DNA of 37,635 nt. It comes from Holosporales bacterium (GTDB lineage Bacteria; Pseudomonadota; Alphaproteobacteria; UBA3830; JAIRMZ01). Below are positions 16,427 to 27,571 of this stretch, piece by piece. Under the pieces are notes generated by a model. That model saw only the letters and a program-made list of their open reading frames with translations. It did no database searches and was not told where the DNA came from. The stretch is taken from the NCBI GenBank assembly GCA_031279495.1, contig JAITIJ010000032.1, forward strand, positions 1 to 37,635. The letters run 5' to 3'. Position numbers and translations under genes: made by a program. Position 1 is the first letter of the stretch, and every line of letters begins with the position of its first letter.

Positions 16427-17383
16427 ATGTCTGGAATATCTAGAAGCTCTTCGAGGTCATCTGTCCAATCTCCGTCGTATACTACAAAAACTCAAGCATC
16501 TAGCGCAAAAATTGATGTTCTTAAGAAAACCAACAGCCCATCCAATCATCTTATCCTGGGGTTAGAAAGTGTATTCGATAAATTCTTAAGAAAAACGACT
16601 GTGAGTCTGCGAGATCTTGCTCAAGGTCATATTGACGCAAAAGAAGAACGCATTCACGACATGTCTTTTGGAAAGTACATTGAGACGCTGCCATCCCCCT
16701 CTCTTATGGCCATTTTTTATGTTGCAGAGTGGAATAGTTTCTCTGTTCTTCGTATGGACGAGCAATTGCTCGAGCCATTTGTGGACTCTCTTCTGGGAGG
16801 GAGTGTACATGAGCAGCGCAGCAAGAAATCTTGCGCAGTTACGCGGATAGAACGGGTACTTATTGAAAAAATTGTCAATGTTATGCTCTCTGATTTTTCG
16901 GCAACTTTCTCTGGGTTTACACCACTGCGCTGTACTTTAGAGCGCATAGAATTCATTCCAAATTTTGCAAAGATTTCTCACCCTGCGCGCGAGGCAATCG
17001 TCATGCAAGCACGCTTTTCTGTTGGAACCCAGAAAGGTACGGTCGAGTTCGCTATTCCCCATACGGCTTTTGCCAGTATTCAAAAAGATTTTCCAGCTCT
17101 ATCAGCAGAAAAGGACCTCGCGTTAGTATGGCGCAAACATCTTGAGACTGAGATATTGTCTGTTCCCTTAGAGATACATGCTGTCTTAAGAAATATGACC
17201 GTTCCTTTACAAGAAACACTTAAATGGAGAGTTGGTACGTACGTTCCTTTAGGAATGACGCCAAGTAGTCTCGTGAATATTTCTTGCGAAGAAAAAATAT
17301 TCTTTGCTGGTGTTCTTGGACGACAGGCACAGTGTGTCGCAATTCAAATTCAGAAAGTCTGTAAATGTGGAGAATTTTTATGA
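16427..17383 (+). CDS. fliM: Flagellar motor switch protein FliM
   Basis: 318 aa, divergent from flgF. FliM-like central region with 'LLEPFVDSLLGGS'. Confidence 0.6.
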   Translation: MSGISRSSSRSSVQSPSYTTKTQASSAKIDVLKKTNSPSNHLILGLESVFDKFLRKTTVSLRDLAQGHIDAKEERIHDMSFGKYIETLPSPSLMAIFYVAEWNSFSVLRMDEQLLEPFVDSLLGGSVHEQRSKKSCAVTRIERVLIEKIVNVMLSDFSATFSGFTPLRCTLERIEFIPNFAKISHPAREAIVMQARFSVGTQKGTVEFAIPHTAFASIQKDFPALSAEKDLALVWRKHLETEILSVPLEIHAVLRNMTVPLQETLKWRVGTYVPLGMTPSSLVNISCEEKIFFAGVLGRQAQCVAIQIQKVCKCGEFL

Positions 17384-17883
17384 CAGAAGTAATGTTTATA
17401 GGGGGATTTCTTTTTCCGTTAATGGTAACACTGTTGTGTTTTTCCATAATAAGCAGACGTATGAGAAGCCTAAAAAAGCTAATCGATAGCTCAACAAGTG
17501 AAGTTCAAAAAATAGAAAGATCTATTGCGCATAATATGTTAAATGCGCAAAAAGTATTCTCTTTGTTCTGTGAAAAGAGCGCATCTGTTGAGCGACAATT
17601 GAAACAAGAAACAAGAAATGCAAAACACCTCGTTAAGGAGATGCGATCTCTGATATTTAAGACAGGCTGTTTGGCAGAAGGCCTTGTACGTCTAAAAAGT
17701 TTGTGCGCAACGAATGAGCAAAACGCGCCGAAAGAAAAAGAAGAAAGAGCCGTTATTGAGTTTCCAAGAGTCGCTCATCAATCAAAGCAGAACACGCACG
17801 AGACCACATCGTCGCGGAACGCAGAAAACAACCATTTTTTTCTGGGAAAGAATCTATCGAAGCTCTTAAAAGGGGTACGTTAA
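17380..17883 (+). CDS. Hypothetical membrane-anchored coiled-coil protein (flagellar gene neighbourhood)
   Basis: The start is set to ATG 17380, which overlaps the fliM stop as ATGA. It has an N-terminal transmembrane segment 'FIGGFLFPLMVTLLCFSII'. Confidence 0.45.
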   Translation: MTEVMFIGGFLFPLMVTLLCFSIISRRMRSLKKLIDSSTSEVQKIERSIAHNMLNAQKVFSLFCEKSASVERQLKQETRNAKHLVKEMRSLIFKTGCLAEGLVRLKSLCATNEQNAPKEKEERAVIEFPRVAHQSKQNTHETTSSRNAENNHFFLGKNLSKLLKGVR

Positions 17884-17886
17884 GGC

Positions 17887-18570
17887 ATGACGACGGAAAA
17901 ACGTATGTCAGAAAACTATTTGACATCTTGTGTCTTAGGAATAATGCGACATGCGCCTTATCTTATTCTTGCGGGATTGCTTCTATCTTTTGCAGGAACA
18001 GCAGAAGAAAATGCTTCTCAAAAACCCATCGCACAGGTGAAAACAAGCCATGAGTCTGCAAAGAAACAAAATGCTTTTGATTCCATACACTATTCACCTG
18101 CGGTGATCGCAGCGCTTGTAGCCGAAGTGCAAGAATCCAGAGAAACAAAAAAGAGGGGCTCAAAGGAGACAGCTTCAGGAGAATGGCACACGCAGCAACT
18201 CAAAGTCCTTAACAAACGTATAGCGGTTCTTGAGAAAGTACTTGCAACTTTAAAAGAGCACTTAAAAACTTATGACGAGAAGCAAAAGACAGACCTTAAA
18301 AAAATGGTGCAAATCTTTGAAATCATGCGTCCGAAAAGGGCTGCTCTTATTCTCGATGAAATTCCTCACGAGATATGCCTTATGGTTCTCACTGCTATGA
18401 AAGCGAGTAAGGCGGCTTCCATCCTTTCCTATATGAACACTCAAAAGGCTTCAAAAACCACGGAAATTATATTATCTTCGCCCCCTGATACGCTTTCCCA
18501 TCCGCTAACAAACCCTTCTGAAGTTTTACATAAAGTAGAGCATTTGCTAACGGTTAAGCAGAAATCGTAG
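17887..18570 (+). CDS. MotE / FlbB-like flagellar protein (MgtE_N-type domain)
   Basis: N-terminal transmembrane or signal segment and coiled coil. 'IFEIMRPKRAALILDEIPHEICLMVLTAMKASKAASILSYM' resembles the MgtE intracellular N-domain found in MotE/FlbB. Confidence 0.5.
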   Translation: MTTEKRMSENYLTSCVLGIMRHAPYLILAGLLLSFAGTAEENASQKPIAQVKTSHESAKKQNAFDSIHYSPAVIAALVAEVQESRETKKRGSKETASGEWHTQQLKVLNKRIAVLEKVLATLKEHLKTYDEKQKTDLKKMVQIFEIMRPKRAALILDEIPHEICLMVLTAMKASKAASILSYMNTQKASKTTEIILSSPPDTLSHPLTNPSEVLHKVEHLLTVKQKS

Positions 18571-18959
18571 GAATCAGAAAAAAACAGATGGACTGGCAAA
18601 AATTGAGATAGCGCCCTCTGCACGTAATGATCTGTGTTAGATTCAGAAGAATTGATCACTCCCAAAGAAAGTTTCTCAGAATGCTTCGTTTGTGCGTTGA
18701 TTCCCTTAATTGTTGAACTTTCTAAAGAAGAACTATTATAAGATCCCCCTTTTCTTCTGCTAGAGGGGTTTCTCGTTGTCATTTATAGGGCATACCGAAT
18801 GCTCCGAGGGAGGGGAATAGGTGGGCTAAAATAGTATAGGAGAAGAGGATTACTTTACTAACCATTTAGTAAAAACATGGACGGATCTCTCTTTAAATTA
18901 ATGTCTCTTCTATTTCATCGTTCCTCCTCCATCTTCCTTACCGTTTCACAGAAGATTGA

Positions 18960-20891
18960 TTACGCCTGTTGATTAGGAATGAATATGGAAAATGTTGATC
19001 CTTTGTGAACAGTTGATTCAACGGTAACATACCCTCCTAGGGCTTCTGTATAGGCCTTTGCCAATGTCAGACCGAGGCCAGCTCCTCCATACCGTCGCGT
19101 GGAAGAAGGATCTGCTTGGTAGAACTCATCAAAGCAGTGAGACATTTCTTCTTGCGTCATGCCGATACCATTATCTTTTACCGCCAATTGAACCCATGGC
19201 TTGCGTTTCTTTTGTATCACTTGTGCGGAAAGAACAATTTCCTTGCCATCAGAGAATTTTATCGCATTTGAGAGTAAATTGCCGATAATTTGTTGCAATC
19301 TGAGAGGATCCGACCTCACTTCTTGTAACGCTTCTTTTTCTATTTCAAGCCGTAAGGCGTTCTTCCCTTGGTTTAAACTCTCTTGTGCGCTAGCAATAAC
19401 CTGTTCGATGACATCAGATAAGCTAAAGGCGGTAATGTTGATTTGCAGAGATCCTTCTTCAAGGTTAGAGACATCAATAAGGTTTTCAATCATTCCTAAA
19501 AGATGCCTGCCAGAATTTGTAATTTTTTCGATATCAGGCAAGAGCATTTTCATGTCTGAATCGGCCACTTCTTCAGCTACAATCTCTGCATAACCTATAA
19601 TCGCGTTGATAGGCGTTCTTAGCTCATGACTCATTGTAGCAAGAAAAAGGCTTTTTGCCTGATTTGCAGCTTGTGCTTCTTCTTTCGCTATACGCGTCTC
19701 GTTGATTTCTCGGTGGAGATTTTCTTGGGTCTTGCAAAGTTCCTCATGCATATGCGCAAAGGTTCGAGCGAGATCTCCAATTTCATCCTTCCTTTCTTGC
19801 GCCGGGACATCTTGCGCCTTTAATGCACGCGTTCCCAACCCTTGCATGACCCCTTTAAGCTGTAAAATCGGGCGGGAAAGAAAGCTTCCAACCATCCATG
19901 CCAGAATGGTGGCCAGAATAAGGCCAAGGCTGCTAAAACCTACAGTAGACCGTAAAGTTCTCATATATGCCTTAAAGGCTGCATCCGCTGGAACGCATGC
20001 GTACGTCTCCAAATCAAGGGAATGACCAGAAATGCCTCGCAGAGCCTTCTTCCCGAAAACGAATGATCCATGAGGAAATTTCACCTCATCCATTTTCTCA
20101 AGAAATTTGCGATTTAAGGCAAAATAACGTGCGATTTTTATAACATCAACATCCATCTTTGCAGAAACATAAGTAAGAGGGCTATCTGTATCATGATCTA
20201 GAACCAGAATAAAACCTCCCCCTAAGCCAGACTTGACAAGGGTCTCCATCGCCGTTTGTATGCGCTGTTGGAACAACGCCATGTCTAAGAATAAGACCAG
20301 GATACCGATGCGGCGTTTTTCTTTATCTAAGATAGAGTGTGCTAAGACAAGGGCGGAATGCTCTGTTCCGTAAAGAGTGTGGAGAAAGGAATTATTTGCC
20401 GATGGAAACACAATTTCGTTGTATTCTGTAGAGGTCTTTTGATTTAAAAGAGAATGTACAGACGGAAGATCTGACAAATCCATACCTGTTGGAATTTCTT
20501 TGAGCTCTTTGCCGTCAGGACCAACTCTATTTGTTGCAATAACGTGACCAGACCCATCTAAAAGGACAAATGCAGCATAAAATTCGTTGTTTCTTACGAA
20601 AGCATCAAAGACATTAGAGACATCTTCTCGAGTTGCAGTTTGTTGTAACACATTGCGCACCACAGGAACGTTAATCTCTATCATGCGAAGTTGCCAAAGT
20701 CCGTGAGTGGTCTGCTGGTGTATCAAAGAATTTACTTGTTCTGTAATGCCATCAAGACGCTCAAACGTTGGAGCGCGAAACTGTGTTCGATTCTCTAAAA
20801 GAACACACAAACTCACACACAAAGGGAGCAATCCGGAAGCAACGATTGAAACAAGAAGGCGAAACCGAAAGCTCGAAAAGAAAGAATGCAT
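18960..20891 (-). CDS. Sensor histidine kinase (periplasmic sensor domain, HAMP, HisKA, HATPase_c)
   Basis: 643 aa with two transmembrane segments. It has an H-box 'MSHELRTPINAIIGYAE', an N-box 'NLLSNAIKF' and G-boxes 'DNGIGM' and 'GGAGLGL'. No receiver domain or adjacent response regulator is present. Confidence 0.85.
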   Translation of the reverse strand: MHSFFSSFRFRLLVSIVASGLLPLCVSLCVLLENRTQFRAPTFERLDGITEQVNSLIHQQTTHGLWQLRMIEINVPVVRNVLQQTATREDVSNVFDAFVRNNEFYAAFVLLDGSGHVIATNRVGPDGKELKEIPTGMDLSDLPSVHSLLNQKTSTEYNEIVFPSANNSFLHTLYGTEHSALVLAHSILDKEKRRIGILVLFLDMALFQQRIQTAMETLVKSGLGGGFILVLDHDTDSPLTYVSAKMDVDVIKIARYFALNRKFLEKMDEVKFPHGSFVFGKKALRGISGHSLDLETYACVPADAAFKAYMRTLRSTVGFSSLGLILATILAWMVGSFLSRPILQLKGVMQGLGTRALKAQDVPAQERKDEIGDLARTFAHMHEELCKTQENLHREINETRIAKEEAQAANQAKSLFLATMSHELRTPINAIIGYAEIVAEEVADSDMKMLLPDIEKITNSGRHLLGMIENLIDVSNLEEGSLQINITAFSLSDVIEQVIASAQESLNQGKNALRLEIEKEALQEVRSDPLRLQQIIGNLLSNAIKFSDGKEIVLSAQVIQKKRKPWVQLAVKDNGIGMTQEEMSHCFDEFYQADPSSTRRYGGAGLGLTLAKAYTEALGGYVTVESTVHKGSTFSIFIPNQQA

Positions 20892-21178
20892 TTTTAATGC
20901 CCTATTAGATGTGTATAAGTCACATCTCTCACCCGTGCATAATAACGAAAAAGCGTTGAGAAAAAGATAATAAAACGACTCTCACGTCTGTAAAGACAAT
21001 GGGAATGCGGCGCTTACGAATTCGTTGTCTACTTGTAGATTTAGCTGAAAGATTCGACAAGACCGATTGCGAGTGGAAATGCCATCCAAGGGCATTTGTC
21101 CGGGTAGTATCTTCTTCAGCCCAATAAGGCCTCTACATAAAATCCTAAAGGATAAAACAGTACAGTCTGTTGTGGCTG

Positions 21179-22225
21179 TTACGAGATTTCTTGGTTAAAA
21201 GGGAGAATATCAGATTGGTATGGGATCTTGTTTGGCTTTGGTTCCTCTCCAATAGCCTTATACCCTGCAGCTGCTAGTAGACGCCCACGCGGAGTGCGTT
21301 GAATGAAGCCTTGCTGAAGCAAATAGGGCTCAATGACGTCTTCTAAAGTGTCACGTTCTTCCGCAAGAGCGGCCGCAAGGGTTTCAACACCTACAGGTCC
21401 CCCGTCGTAAAAATCGGCGATGGCGCGCAAGTAGCGTCGATCCAAAAGATCGAGACCGTTAGCATCCACCTCAAGCTCATGCAGAGCGCGATCTGCAACA
21501 GCAGAAGTGATCATCTGCTCTCCTTGAACAAGGGCAAAATCGCGTACGCGTCGTAACAATCGACCGGCAATACGAGGGGTTCCACGAGAGCGCCTAGCGA
21601 TTTCCTCCGCCCCATCCTCTGTAAGAACCATTTTCATAAGACGTGCGCCACGTGCAATGATCTGCTGCAAGTCCCCATGCGCATAAAAATCCAAGCGCAA
21701 AGGGATGCCAAATCTATCGCGCAAAGGAGAAGAAAGCAGTCCAGATCGCGTTGTTGCTCCAATCAGAGTAAAGGGCGGCAAGGTCATACGCACAGAACGT
21801 GCGGCGGGTCCTTCTCCGATCATGATATCCAACTCAAAGTCCTCCATAGCGGGGTACAACACTTCTTCCACAGCAGGATTCAAGCGATGAATCTCGTCAA
21901 TAAACAAGACGTCATGCGGGTGTAGGTTCGTTAAAAGTGCCGCTAGATCCCCAGAACGCGCAATCGCTGGGCCAGAGGTCGCTTTAAAACAAACACCTAA
22001 CTCTTGCGCGACAATCTGCGCAAGGGTCGTCTTACCGAGGCCTGGAGGACCATAAAACAATACGTGATCCATCGACTGATGTCTTGTTTTTGCCGATTCC
22101 ACAAACACATGCAGGTTCCGCTTGAGGTTTTCTTGCCCAATGAAGTCAGAAAACGCGCGAGGACGTAGTGCGACATCTTGGATATCGTTTGGTGTTTCTG
22201 TTTCAGACAAAACATCGCGAGGCAT
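21179..22225 (-). CDS. ruvB: Holliday junction branch migration helicase RuvB
   Basis: '[12 protein letters not shown]', Walker A 'GPPGLGKTT', 'LFIDEIHRL' and '[17 protein letters not shown]'. Confidence 0.95.
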   Translation of the reverse strand: MPRDVLSETETPNDIQDVALRPRAFSDFIGQENLKRNLHVFVESAKTRHQSMDHVLFYGPPGLGKTTLAQIVAQELGVCFKATSGPAIARSGDLAALLTNLHPHDVLFIDEIHRLNPAVEEVLYPAMEDFELDIMIGEGPAARSVRMTLPPFTLIGATTRSGLLSSPLRDRFGIPLRLDFYAHGDLQQIIARGARLMKMVLTEDGAEEIARRSRGTPRIAGRLLRRVRDFALVQGEQMITSAVADRALHELEVDANGLDLLDRRYLRAIADFYDGGPVGVETLAAALAEERDTLEDVIEPYLLQQGFIQRTPRGRLLAAAGYKAIGEEPKPNKIPYQSDILPFNQEIS

Positions 22226-22233
22226 GAAGGGTC

Positions 22234-22845
22234 CTATACATCAGGAGTTATGCTCTGAGAAAGACGCTTTAAACTTTCCCGAAACAGCTCTTCGAACGAA
22301 GCTTGTTGTGATTCTGCGCCTGCTTGACGAACTACCTCAAATGCTTCAGCCCGCTTGTACCCAAGATTGGAAAGCGCTGAAAGAACATCTTGCAGAACGG
22401 GGCGTGAAGTCTGCGTATCTAACGCTATCGTTGAGGAAAGGTTTGGTAGAGCGCATTTGTCTTTCAACTCGTTTATCAATCGGCGGGCGAGTTTTGGGCC
22501 AACACCTTCTGCTTGACACAAAACCGCAGATTCTTGATGGAACAGCGCTTCATAAAAACGTTGAACGCCAAGTGCAGATAGGATCATAAGCGCTACTTTT
22601 GGTCCAATACCTTGAACAGAAGTCAATAATCGGAATGTCTCGCGTTCATTCTCATCAGCGAAACCATACAGAAACCACCCATCTTCGCGAATGATCATCT
22701 CTGTCAACACAAATAGCGTGGTTCCAAGCACTGCGTTCTCCATCATCTGGCGTGTGCATGTGACTTTATGTCCAACACCATAAACATCCAAGATGAGCGT
22801 ATCTTCTTTTTGCGCAACGACTGTTCCCTTAAGATGCACAATCAT
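22234..22845 (-). CDS. ruvA: Holliday junction DNA helicase subunit RuvA
   Basis: 'MIVHLKGTV', HhH motifs 'L..V.GIGPK.A' and 'GVGPKLARR', and position between ruvC and ruvB. Confidence 0.9.
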   Translation of the reverse strand: MIVHLKGTVVAQKEDTLILDVYGVGHKVTCTRQMMENAVLGTTLFVLTEMIIREDGWFLYGFADENERETFRLLTSVQGIGPKVALMILSALGVQRFYEALFHQESAVLCQAEGVGPKLARRLINELKDKCALPNLSSTIALDTQTSRPVLQDVLSALSNLGYKRAEAFEVVRQAGAESQQASFEELFRESLKRLSQSITPDV

Positions 22846-23402
22846 CGACGGCTCCCTGCTGCGGTTGCAAGACGTCCATAGGATGTACTTTGGTGATGAG
22901 CGTGACAGATGGCGATAGCCAAGGCATCAGCAGCATCTTTCCTGACAACCCCTGCATTTGGCAACAGCATCTGCACCATTATCGCTATCTGATCTTTTGT
23001 AGCGTGCCCTACACCAACAATAGTCTTTTTTACCTGGGTTGCAGCATATTCAAAAACGGAAATCTTCTGTTGTGCAGGAGCCAGCAATACAACACCCCGA
23101 GCCATGCCTAATTTTAGGGCAGAGGTGGGGTTAACGTTAACAAATGTCTTTTCGACAGCAGCGACATCAGGCGTATAACGTTTCAAAACTTTGATAAGTC
23201 CTTGATAAAGAAGATTAAGACGCTCCGCAAATGGAATATCTGTACGCGTTGTTATTATGCCGTGCTCTATAGATGTCAGACCAGCAGAACGCATAGCAAT
23301 CACTCCCCACCCTGTTATATTCAGTCCTGGATCGATACCGATAATGATCGTTTGCTTTTTATCCGTCGAGGTCACACAAGAGCTCTTGCGGAAAATTCGC
23401 AT
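22842..23402 (-). CDS. ruvC: Crossover junction endodeoxyribonuclease RuvC
   Basis: 'IIGIDPGLNITGWGVI' catalytic N-terminus. The start is uncertain: ATG 23402 or GTG 23375, both overlapping the yebC 3' end. The track start at 23444 is probably too long. Confidence 0.85.
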   Translation of the reverse strand: MRIFRKSSCVTSTDKKQTIIIGIDPGLNITGWGVIAMRSAGLTSIEHGIITTRTDIPFAERLNLLYQGLIKVLKRYTPDVAAVEKTFVNVNPTSALKLGMARGVVLLAPAQQKISVFEYAATQVKKTIVGVGHATKDQIAIMVQMLLPNAGVVRKDAADALAIAICHAHHQSTSYGRLATAAGSRR

Positions 23403-24108
23403 CTGTTGTAACAGTCTGCACATCATCGTTATCTTCAAGTGCATCGATCAACTTCAACAACGTGCGCCCCGCTTCTGTCGAAACTGGAACGAGCACTTTT
23501 GGTCTCCAAAGAGGACGCGCCGCTTGAGGTTCACCAAGTTTCGTTGCGCAAAAATCGCGGACAATGCCAAGCCCTTCCAAGGCGCAAAACACTTCGAATC
23601 CGTCTTCTGTTTCTAAAACATCGTCTGCACCTGCTTCAAGAGCTACCTCGAAGACAGCTTCCATGGAAAGGCCCTCTTTAGAGAAGACAAGATATCCGAG
23701 GTGGTCAAATTTATAGCTGACGCTGTTTGTCTCTCCAATTGATCCACCGAATTTATTGAAATAAGAGCGGACTTCTGCGGAAGTGCGATTGCGATTATCG
23801 GTTAGACTTTCAATGATCAGTGCGCTACCGGCAGGTCCATATCCTTCGTATCGCATCTCTTGATACGTCGTTGTGTCGTCATTCCCAAGCGCTTTTTTAA
23901 TCGCACGTTCGACTGTGTCTTTGGGCATGTTGGCTTCTCGTGCCGAAATCAAAGCTGTGCGCAACTGCGGATTGCTTTCTTTGTCTGCTCCACTTGCTTT
24001 AACAGCTACAGTAATCTCGCGAATCACCTTGGTGAAAATTTTAGCGCGCTTTGCATCCTGCGCTCCTTTGCGATACATGATGTTTTTGAACTGAGAATGC
24101 CCCGACAT
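23359..24108 (-). CDS. yebC: YebC/PmpR family transcriptional regulator
   Basis: 'MSGHSQFKNIMYRKGAQDAKRAKIFTK' is the canonical YebC N-terminus. The start is set to ATG 24108. Confidence 0.9.
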   Translation of the reverse strand: MSGHSQFKNIMYRKGAQDAKRAKIFTKVIREITVAVKASGADKESNPQLRTALISAREANMPKDTVERAIKKALGNDDTTTYQEMRYEGYGPAGSALIIESLTDNRNRTSAEVRSYFNKFGGSIGETNSVSYKFDHLGYLVFSKEGLSMEAVFEVALEAGADDVLETEDGFEVFCALEGLGIVRDFCATKLGEPQAARPLWRPKVLVPVSTEAGRTLLKLIDALEDNDDVQTVTTDANFPQELLCDLDG

Positions 24109-24319
24109 CCGTCTTTCCCCTTTATCAAACAGCACAACAGCGGAGAATAAGCCGATTATGGCGCAAAAAAGGCCTTAGAAAAAGATGTATAAGAAAGGGT
24201 CGAGGCATTAGATCATTCGACTTTGGTGCAAGCGACGTTTTGAAAAGCGTTGACTTCTTCTAACAACCCTATAAAATTATCTTCGATTTTACGGATCTTC
24301 ACGAAATGATGGAAAGAGT

Positions 24320-24934
24320 ATGACGAAAAGAGTTCAGGCAAAGTACAAAGTTGATCGTCGTCTTGGGGTGAATCTGTGGGGGCGTGCAAAAAGTCCCGTG
24401 AATCGTCGCGAGTATGGTCCTGGTCAACATGGAACGCATCGTAAGAAGCCAACAGATTATGGCGTTCAACTTGCTGCAAAACAGAAACTGCGTTTTTACT
24501 ATGGAAATATTGGAGAACGTCAATTCCGCAATCTTTACCAAGAGGCTTCTCGGCTGCGCGGAGATACGAGTGAGAATATTGTTTCTCTTCTAGAGCGCCG
24601 TTTAGATGCGGTGGTCTATCGCATGAAATTTGCGGTAACTGTTTTTGCCGCTCGTCAGTTAGTTAATCATGGACATGTTTTTGTCAATGGGAAAAGGGTA
24701 AACACCTGCTCTTATCGCGTAAAGGAAGGTGATACAATCGAAATTGCGCCTACAATGAAGGAAAATGCGATTTTATTGCTGGCTTTAGAGTCAAATGAGC
24801 GCGATATCCCAGATTATATGGAAGTCACTCCGAAGGAATGCAAAGGGGTGTTCACACGTGTGCCGAAACTAATGGATATTCCTTATCCTATAGTCATGGA
24901 GCCCAATCTCGTTGTTGAATTCTATTCTCGTTAG
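24320..24934 (+). CDS. rpsD: 30S ribosomal protein S4
   Basis: '[15 protein letters not shown]', '[16 protein letters not shown]' and the S4 RNA-binding domain 'RLDAVVYR...ARQLVNHGH'. Confidence 0.95.
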   Translation: MTKRVQAKYKVDRRLGVNLWGRAKSPVNRREYGPGQHGTHRKKPTDYGVQLAAKQKLRFYYGNIGERQFRNLYQEASRLRGDTSENIVSLLERRLDAVVYRMKFAVTVFAARQLVNHGHVFVNGKRVNTCSYRVKEGDTIEIAPTMKENAILLLALESNERDIPDYMEVTPKECKGVFTRVPKLMDIPYPIVMEPNLVVEFYSR

Positions 24935-24947
24935 GGGAAAGAGTTTC

Positions 24948-25433
24948 ATGGAACAGCTCTTATCAATGTGGAATACGTGTGTTCTCTTCGTTCGCAATGT
25001 GTTGAGCATTGCGCAGCGTATTTTTGCTTGGCAGCCTCCTTCTAGAAACGTCCTAGAATGTGGCCGGTATTATACACAGTGTTTTAAAGCGCGCATCCAC
25101 GCTAAATTAAAGCCGTACTCTAAGGTTGACGCCTTTATCACTGGTACAATGACGATGATGACGGTAACGCTCATTTTGCTGGTTCAGCAGACGAACTACT
25201 ATGAGCACGATGTGTGCAATTTGACAAATGATCGTATAGACTTGGTAAAACGCATTGCGAAAGAAATGAAAACGACAGAAGCTTTGCGCACGACTATTGA
25301 GCAGTTGGAAACGCAAAACACCTCTCTGACGCAACAGGTTAAGCGACTTGAGGATCAAAACACTTCCCTTTCTCAACAAGCACGAAACGCGGCAGATGCG
25401 CAGGATACAGGCTCTGTGCCCCCCCCCCCCTAG
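24948..25433 (+). CDS. Hypothetical membrane/coiled-coil protein ending in a poly-Pro tail encoded by a C12 tract
   Basis: ATG 24948 follows a GGGGAAAGAG RBS. The protein contains the internal repeat 'LETQNTSLTQQVKRLEDQNTSLSQQ'. The stop codon directly follows the C12 tract. Confidence 0.45.
   Translation: MEQLLSMWNTCVLFVRNVLSIAQRIFAWQPPSRNVLECGRYYTQCFKARIHAKLKPYSKVDAFITGTMTMMTVTLILLVQQTNYYEHDVCNLTNDRIDLVKRIAKEMKTTEALRTTIEQLETQNTSLTQQVKRLEDQNTSLSQQARNAADAQDTGSVPPPP
25419..25430 (+). repeat. Homopolymeric C12 tract
   Basis: I counted 12 consecutive C directly in the sequence. It lies immediately 5' of the TAG stop at 25431-25433. Confidence 0.95.
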
Positions 25434-25710
25434 GAGAGGCCTCTATCGCGCTAGAAAGAAGTTCTAGAGAATGATTTGTAAGGAAGAACGTTCTTTTCTC
25501 TCATCACAAATGCAGTTCCAGGTGTTTTGAGGCAGGTTTGAGTCGTCTTGATAACGTGCTTGGCTAAGAGCAAGAGTCTTGACGCATTGTGGTTTTCGTC
25601 AAGAACAGATGAAGGCTCTATCTTTCCACCTCGGATTAGAGATAAGATCCTGCAAGGCTTTGTCCTCCTAAGGGTGTGCCTTTGTTTTTTGTTAGAAAGC
25701 GCGAATTTTA

Positions 25711-27537
25711 ATGTGCGGTATCTGGTTCTCTGTTGGGTGGGGCAATCTGCCCTCTTCTGTTATTGATGTTGTGAAGCATCGCGGGCCAGACGGTCGAGGA
25801 TGGCAAGAGTTTTCGTCTGACCAAGGTCCGGTCATATTGGCGCACAGGCGGTTAGCGATTATTGATCTGAGCTCTTCTGGTTATCAGCCCATGTCGTCTT
25901 GTGATAAGCGGCTTTGGATTACCTTTAATGGCGAGGTTTATAACTACATCGAAATCCGGAAAGAGCTAGAAAATCTCGGATGTTCGTTTATTTCTCAGAC
26001 AGACACAGAGGTGGTTTTGCAAGCCTATGAGGTGTGGGGTCCAGCCTGTCTGCACCGTTTTAATGGCATGTTTGCTTTTGTAATTTGGAACGATCAAGAG
26101 AAAACAGCTTTTGTTGCGCGTGATCGTTTTGGCGTGAAACCTCTTTATGTGCACCAGGATGGCCAGAAGATTGCTTTTGCTTCGGAGATCAAGCAATTCT
26201 ACGAGATTCCTGGATTTCACGCTCACATTCATGCTGGAAATGCCCACGATTTTCTTGCACATGGTATGACTGATCACAATGAGGGAACCTTTATCGAGGA
26301 AGTGTTTCGTGTGCCTTTTGGTGGAGCGGGGGTGGTAGCCTCCGGAACGTTTGAGCCTTACATTTGGTACACGCTTCCTACACAAGAGATTAGCCGTCCT
26401 TTAGAAGAAGCTGCTGCTTTGTTTCGCGAGATTTTTCTGGATGCAGTACGCTTGCGCTTCCGCTCTGATGTGCGCGTTGGAGCGCTTTTGTCAGGAGGGC
26501 TTGATAGCTCGGCTATTGTTTGTGCTGCACGAGAGTTTTTCCCGCCTTTTGACACGTTTAGCGTATGCTATCCTGGCGAAAGTGTTGATGAGAGTGTTTA
26601 TATTGATGCTGTCATACAAGAGAAAAACACCATAGCGCATAAAATTTCGCCAGGGACAAATACGCTGCGGGATGAAATAGATAAACTGCTTTACCATCAA
26701 GAGGAACCTTTTGGCGGAACGAGTCTTTTGGCTGAGTGGAGCGTTTTTAAACTTGCTCATGAGCAAGGCGTTTCCGTAACGCTTGGTGGACAGGGACCAG
26801 ATGAACAATTGGCAGGTTATCATCCAATGTTTGGTGGATTTTACGGGGAGCTTATTCGTACAGGACGTTTCATACGCCTTATAAAAGAAGGATGCGCACG
26901 CGTACAAAAACATCGCGTCCCTCTACGTCGTCTTTTGGCGGACACGTTATCTATGTCTTTTCCGGAAATCCATTCTCGTGTTTTGTCGCTTTTGCATCCG
27001 CGCGGTCCATGTTCGTGGCTCAAATTAGATCCTCAGCAAAAAACCAGGTGGTTTACGGACTTTATTGCTGTTGACTCGCACAAAACCCTTTCAGACACTT
27101 GTCGGTGGTACATGAAGACAAATTTGCAAGCTCTTGTGAAACATGAAGATCGCGACAGTATGGCCTTTGGAATAGAATCTCGTTTGCCTTTTTTGGATTA
27201 CCGGCTTGTTGAGCTTATAGCTTCTTTACCAGCACATTATAGAATTCGCAACGGACAGACAAAGTACATTTTACGCGACGCTTTGCGCGGCATCCTCATC
27301 GAATCAGTTCGAACGCGTCAGAGCAAAATCGGATTCGCGACTCCAGAAGACAAATGGTTTACGAGAGATTTCCGTTCCGATTTGGATAAGGGAGTTGCTT
27401 CTTTTGCCGTAAATAACCGTAGAATCATTGATGAGAAAGAGTTAAAGTCAGCTTCCAGTGGCGATACGCACTTAGCCTGGCGTGTATATATTTTCGATAA
27501 ATGGATGCGTCAGTGGAAGGTAAAGTGGGCGCAGTGA
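25711..27537 (+). CDS. Asparagine synthetase (glutamine-hydrolysing) family amidotransferase, glycan-cluster type
   Basis: 608 aa. 'MCGI' N-terminal nucleophile Cys2, 'HRGPDG' and PP-loop 'LSGGLDSS'. It is the first gene of the glycan island. Confidence 0.85.
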   Translation: MCGIWFSVGWGNLPSSVIDVVKHRGPDGRGWQEFSSDQGPVILAHRRLAIIDLSSSGYQPMSSCDKRLWITFNGEVYNYIEIRKELENLGCSFISQTDTEVVLQAYEVWGPACLHRFNGMFAFVIWNDQEKTAFVARDRFGVKPLYVHQDGQKIAFASEIKQFYEIPGFHAHIHAGNAHDFLAHGMTDHNEGTFIEEVFRVPFGGAGVVASGTFEPYIWYTLPTQEISRPLEEAAALFREIFLDAVRLRFRSDVRVGALLSGGLDSSAIVCAAREFFPPFDTFSVCYPGESVDESVYIDAVIQEKNTIAHKISPGTNTLRDEIDKLLYHQEEPFGGTSLLAEWSVFKLAHEQGVSVTLGGQGPDEQLAGYHPMFGGFYGELIRTGRFIRLIKEGCARVQKHRVPLRRLLADTLSMSFPEIHSRVLSLLHPRGPCSWLKLDPQQKTRWFTDFIAVDSHKTLSDTCRWYMKTNLQALVKHEDRDSMAFGIESRLPFLDYRLVELIASLPAHYRIRNGQTKYILRDALRGILIESVRTRQSKIGFATPEDKWFTRDFRSDLDKGVASFAVNNRRIIDEKELKSASSGDTHLAWRVYIFDKWMRQWKVKWAQ

Positions 27538-27571
27538 ATCGCGTTGATTTTGAAAGTTATGAAAATCTCCA

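Noticed and set aside
18441-18782. A 113-aa minus-strand ORF downstream of the histidine kinase.
   Set aside because: It overlaps the 3' end of the better-supported MotE-like gene by 130 nt. It is Ser-rich with no motifs.
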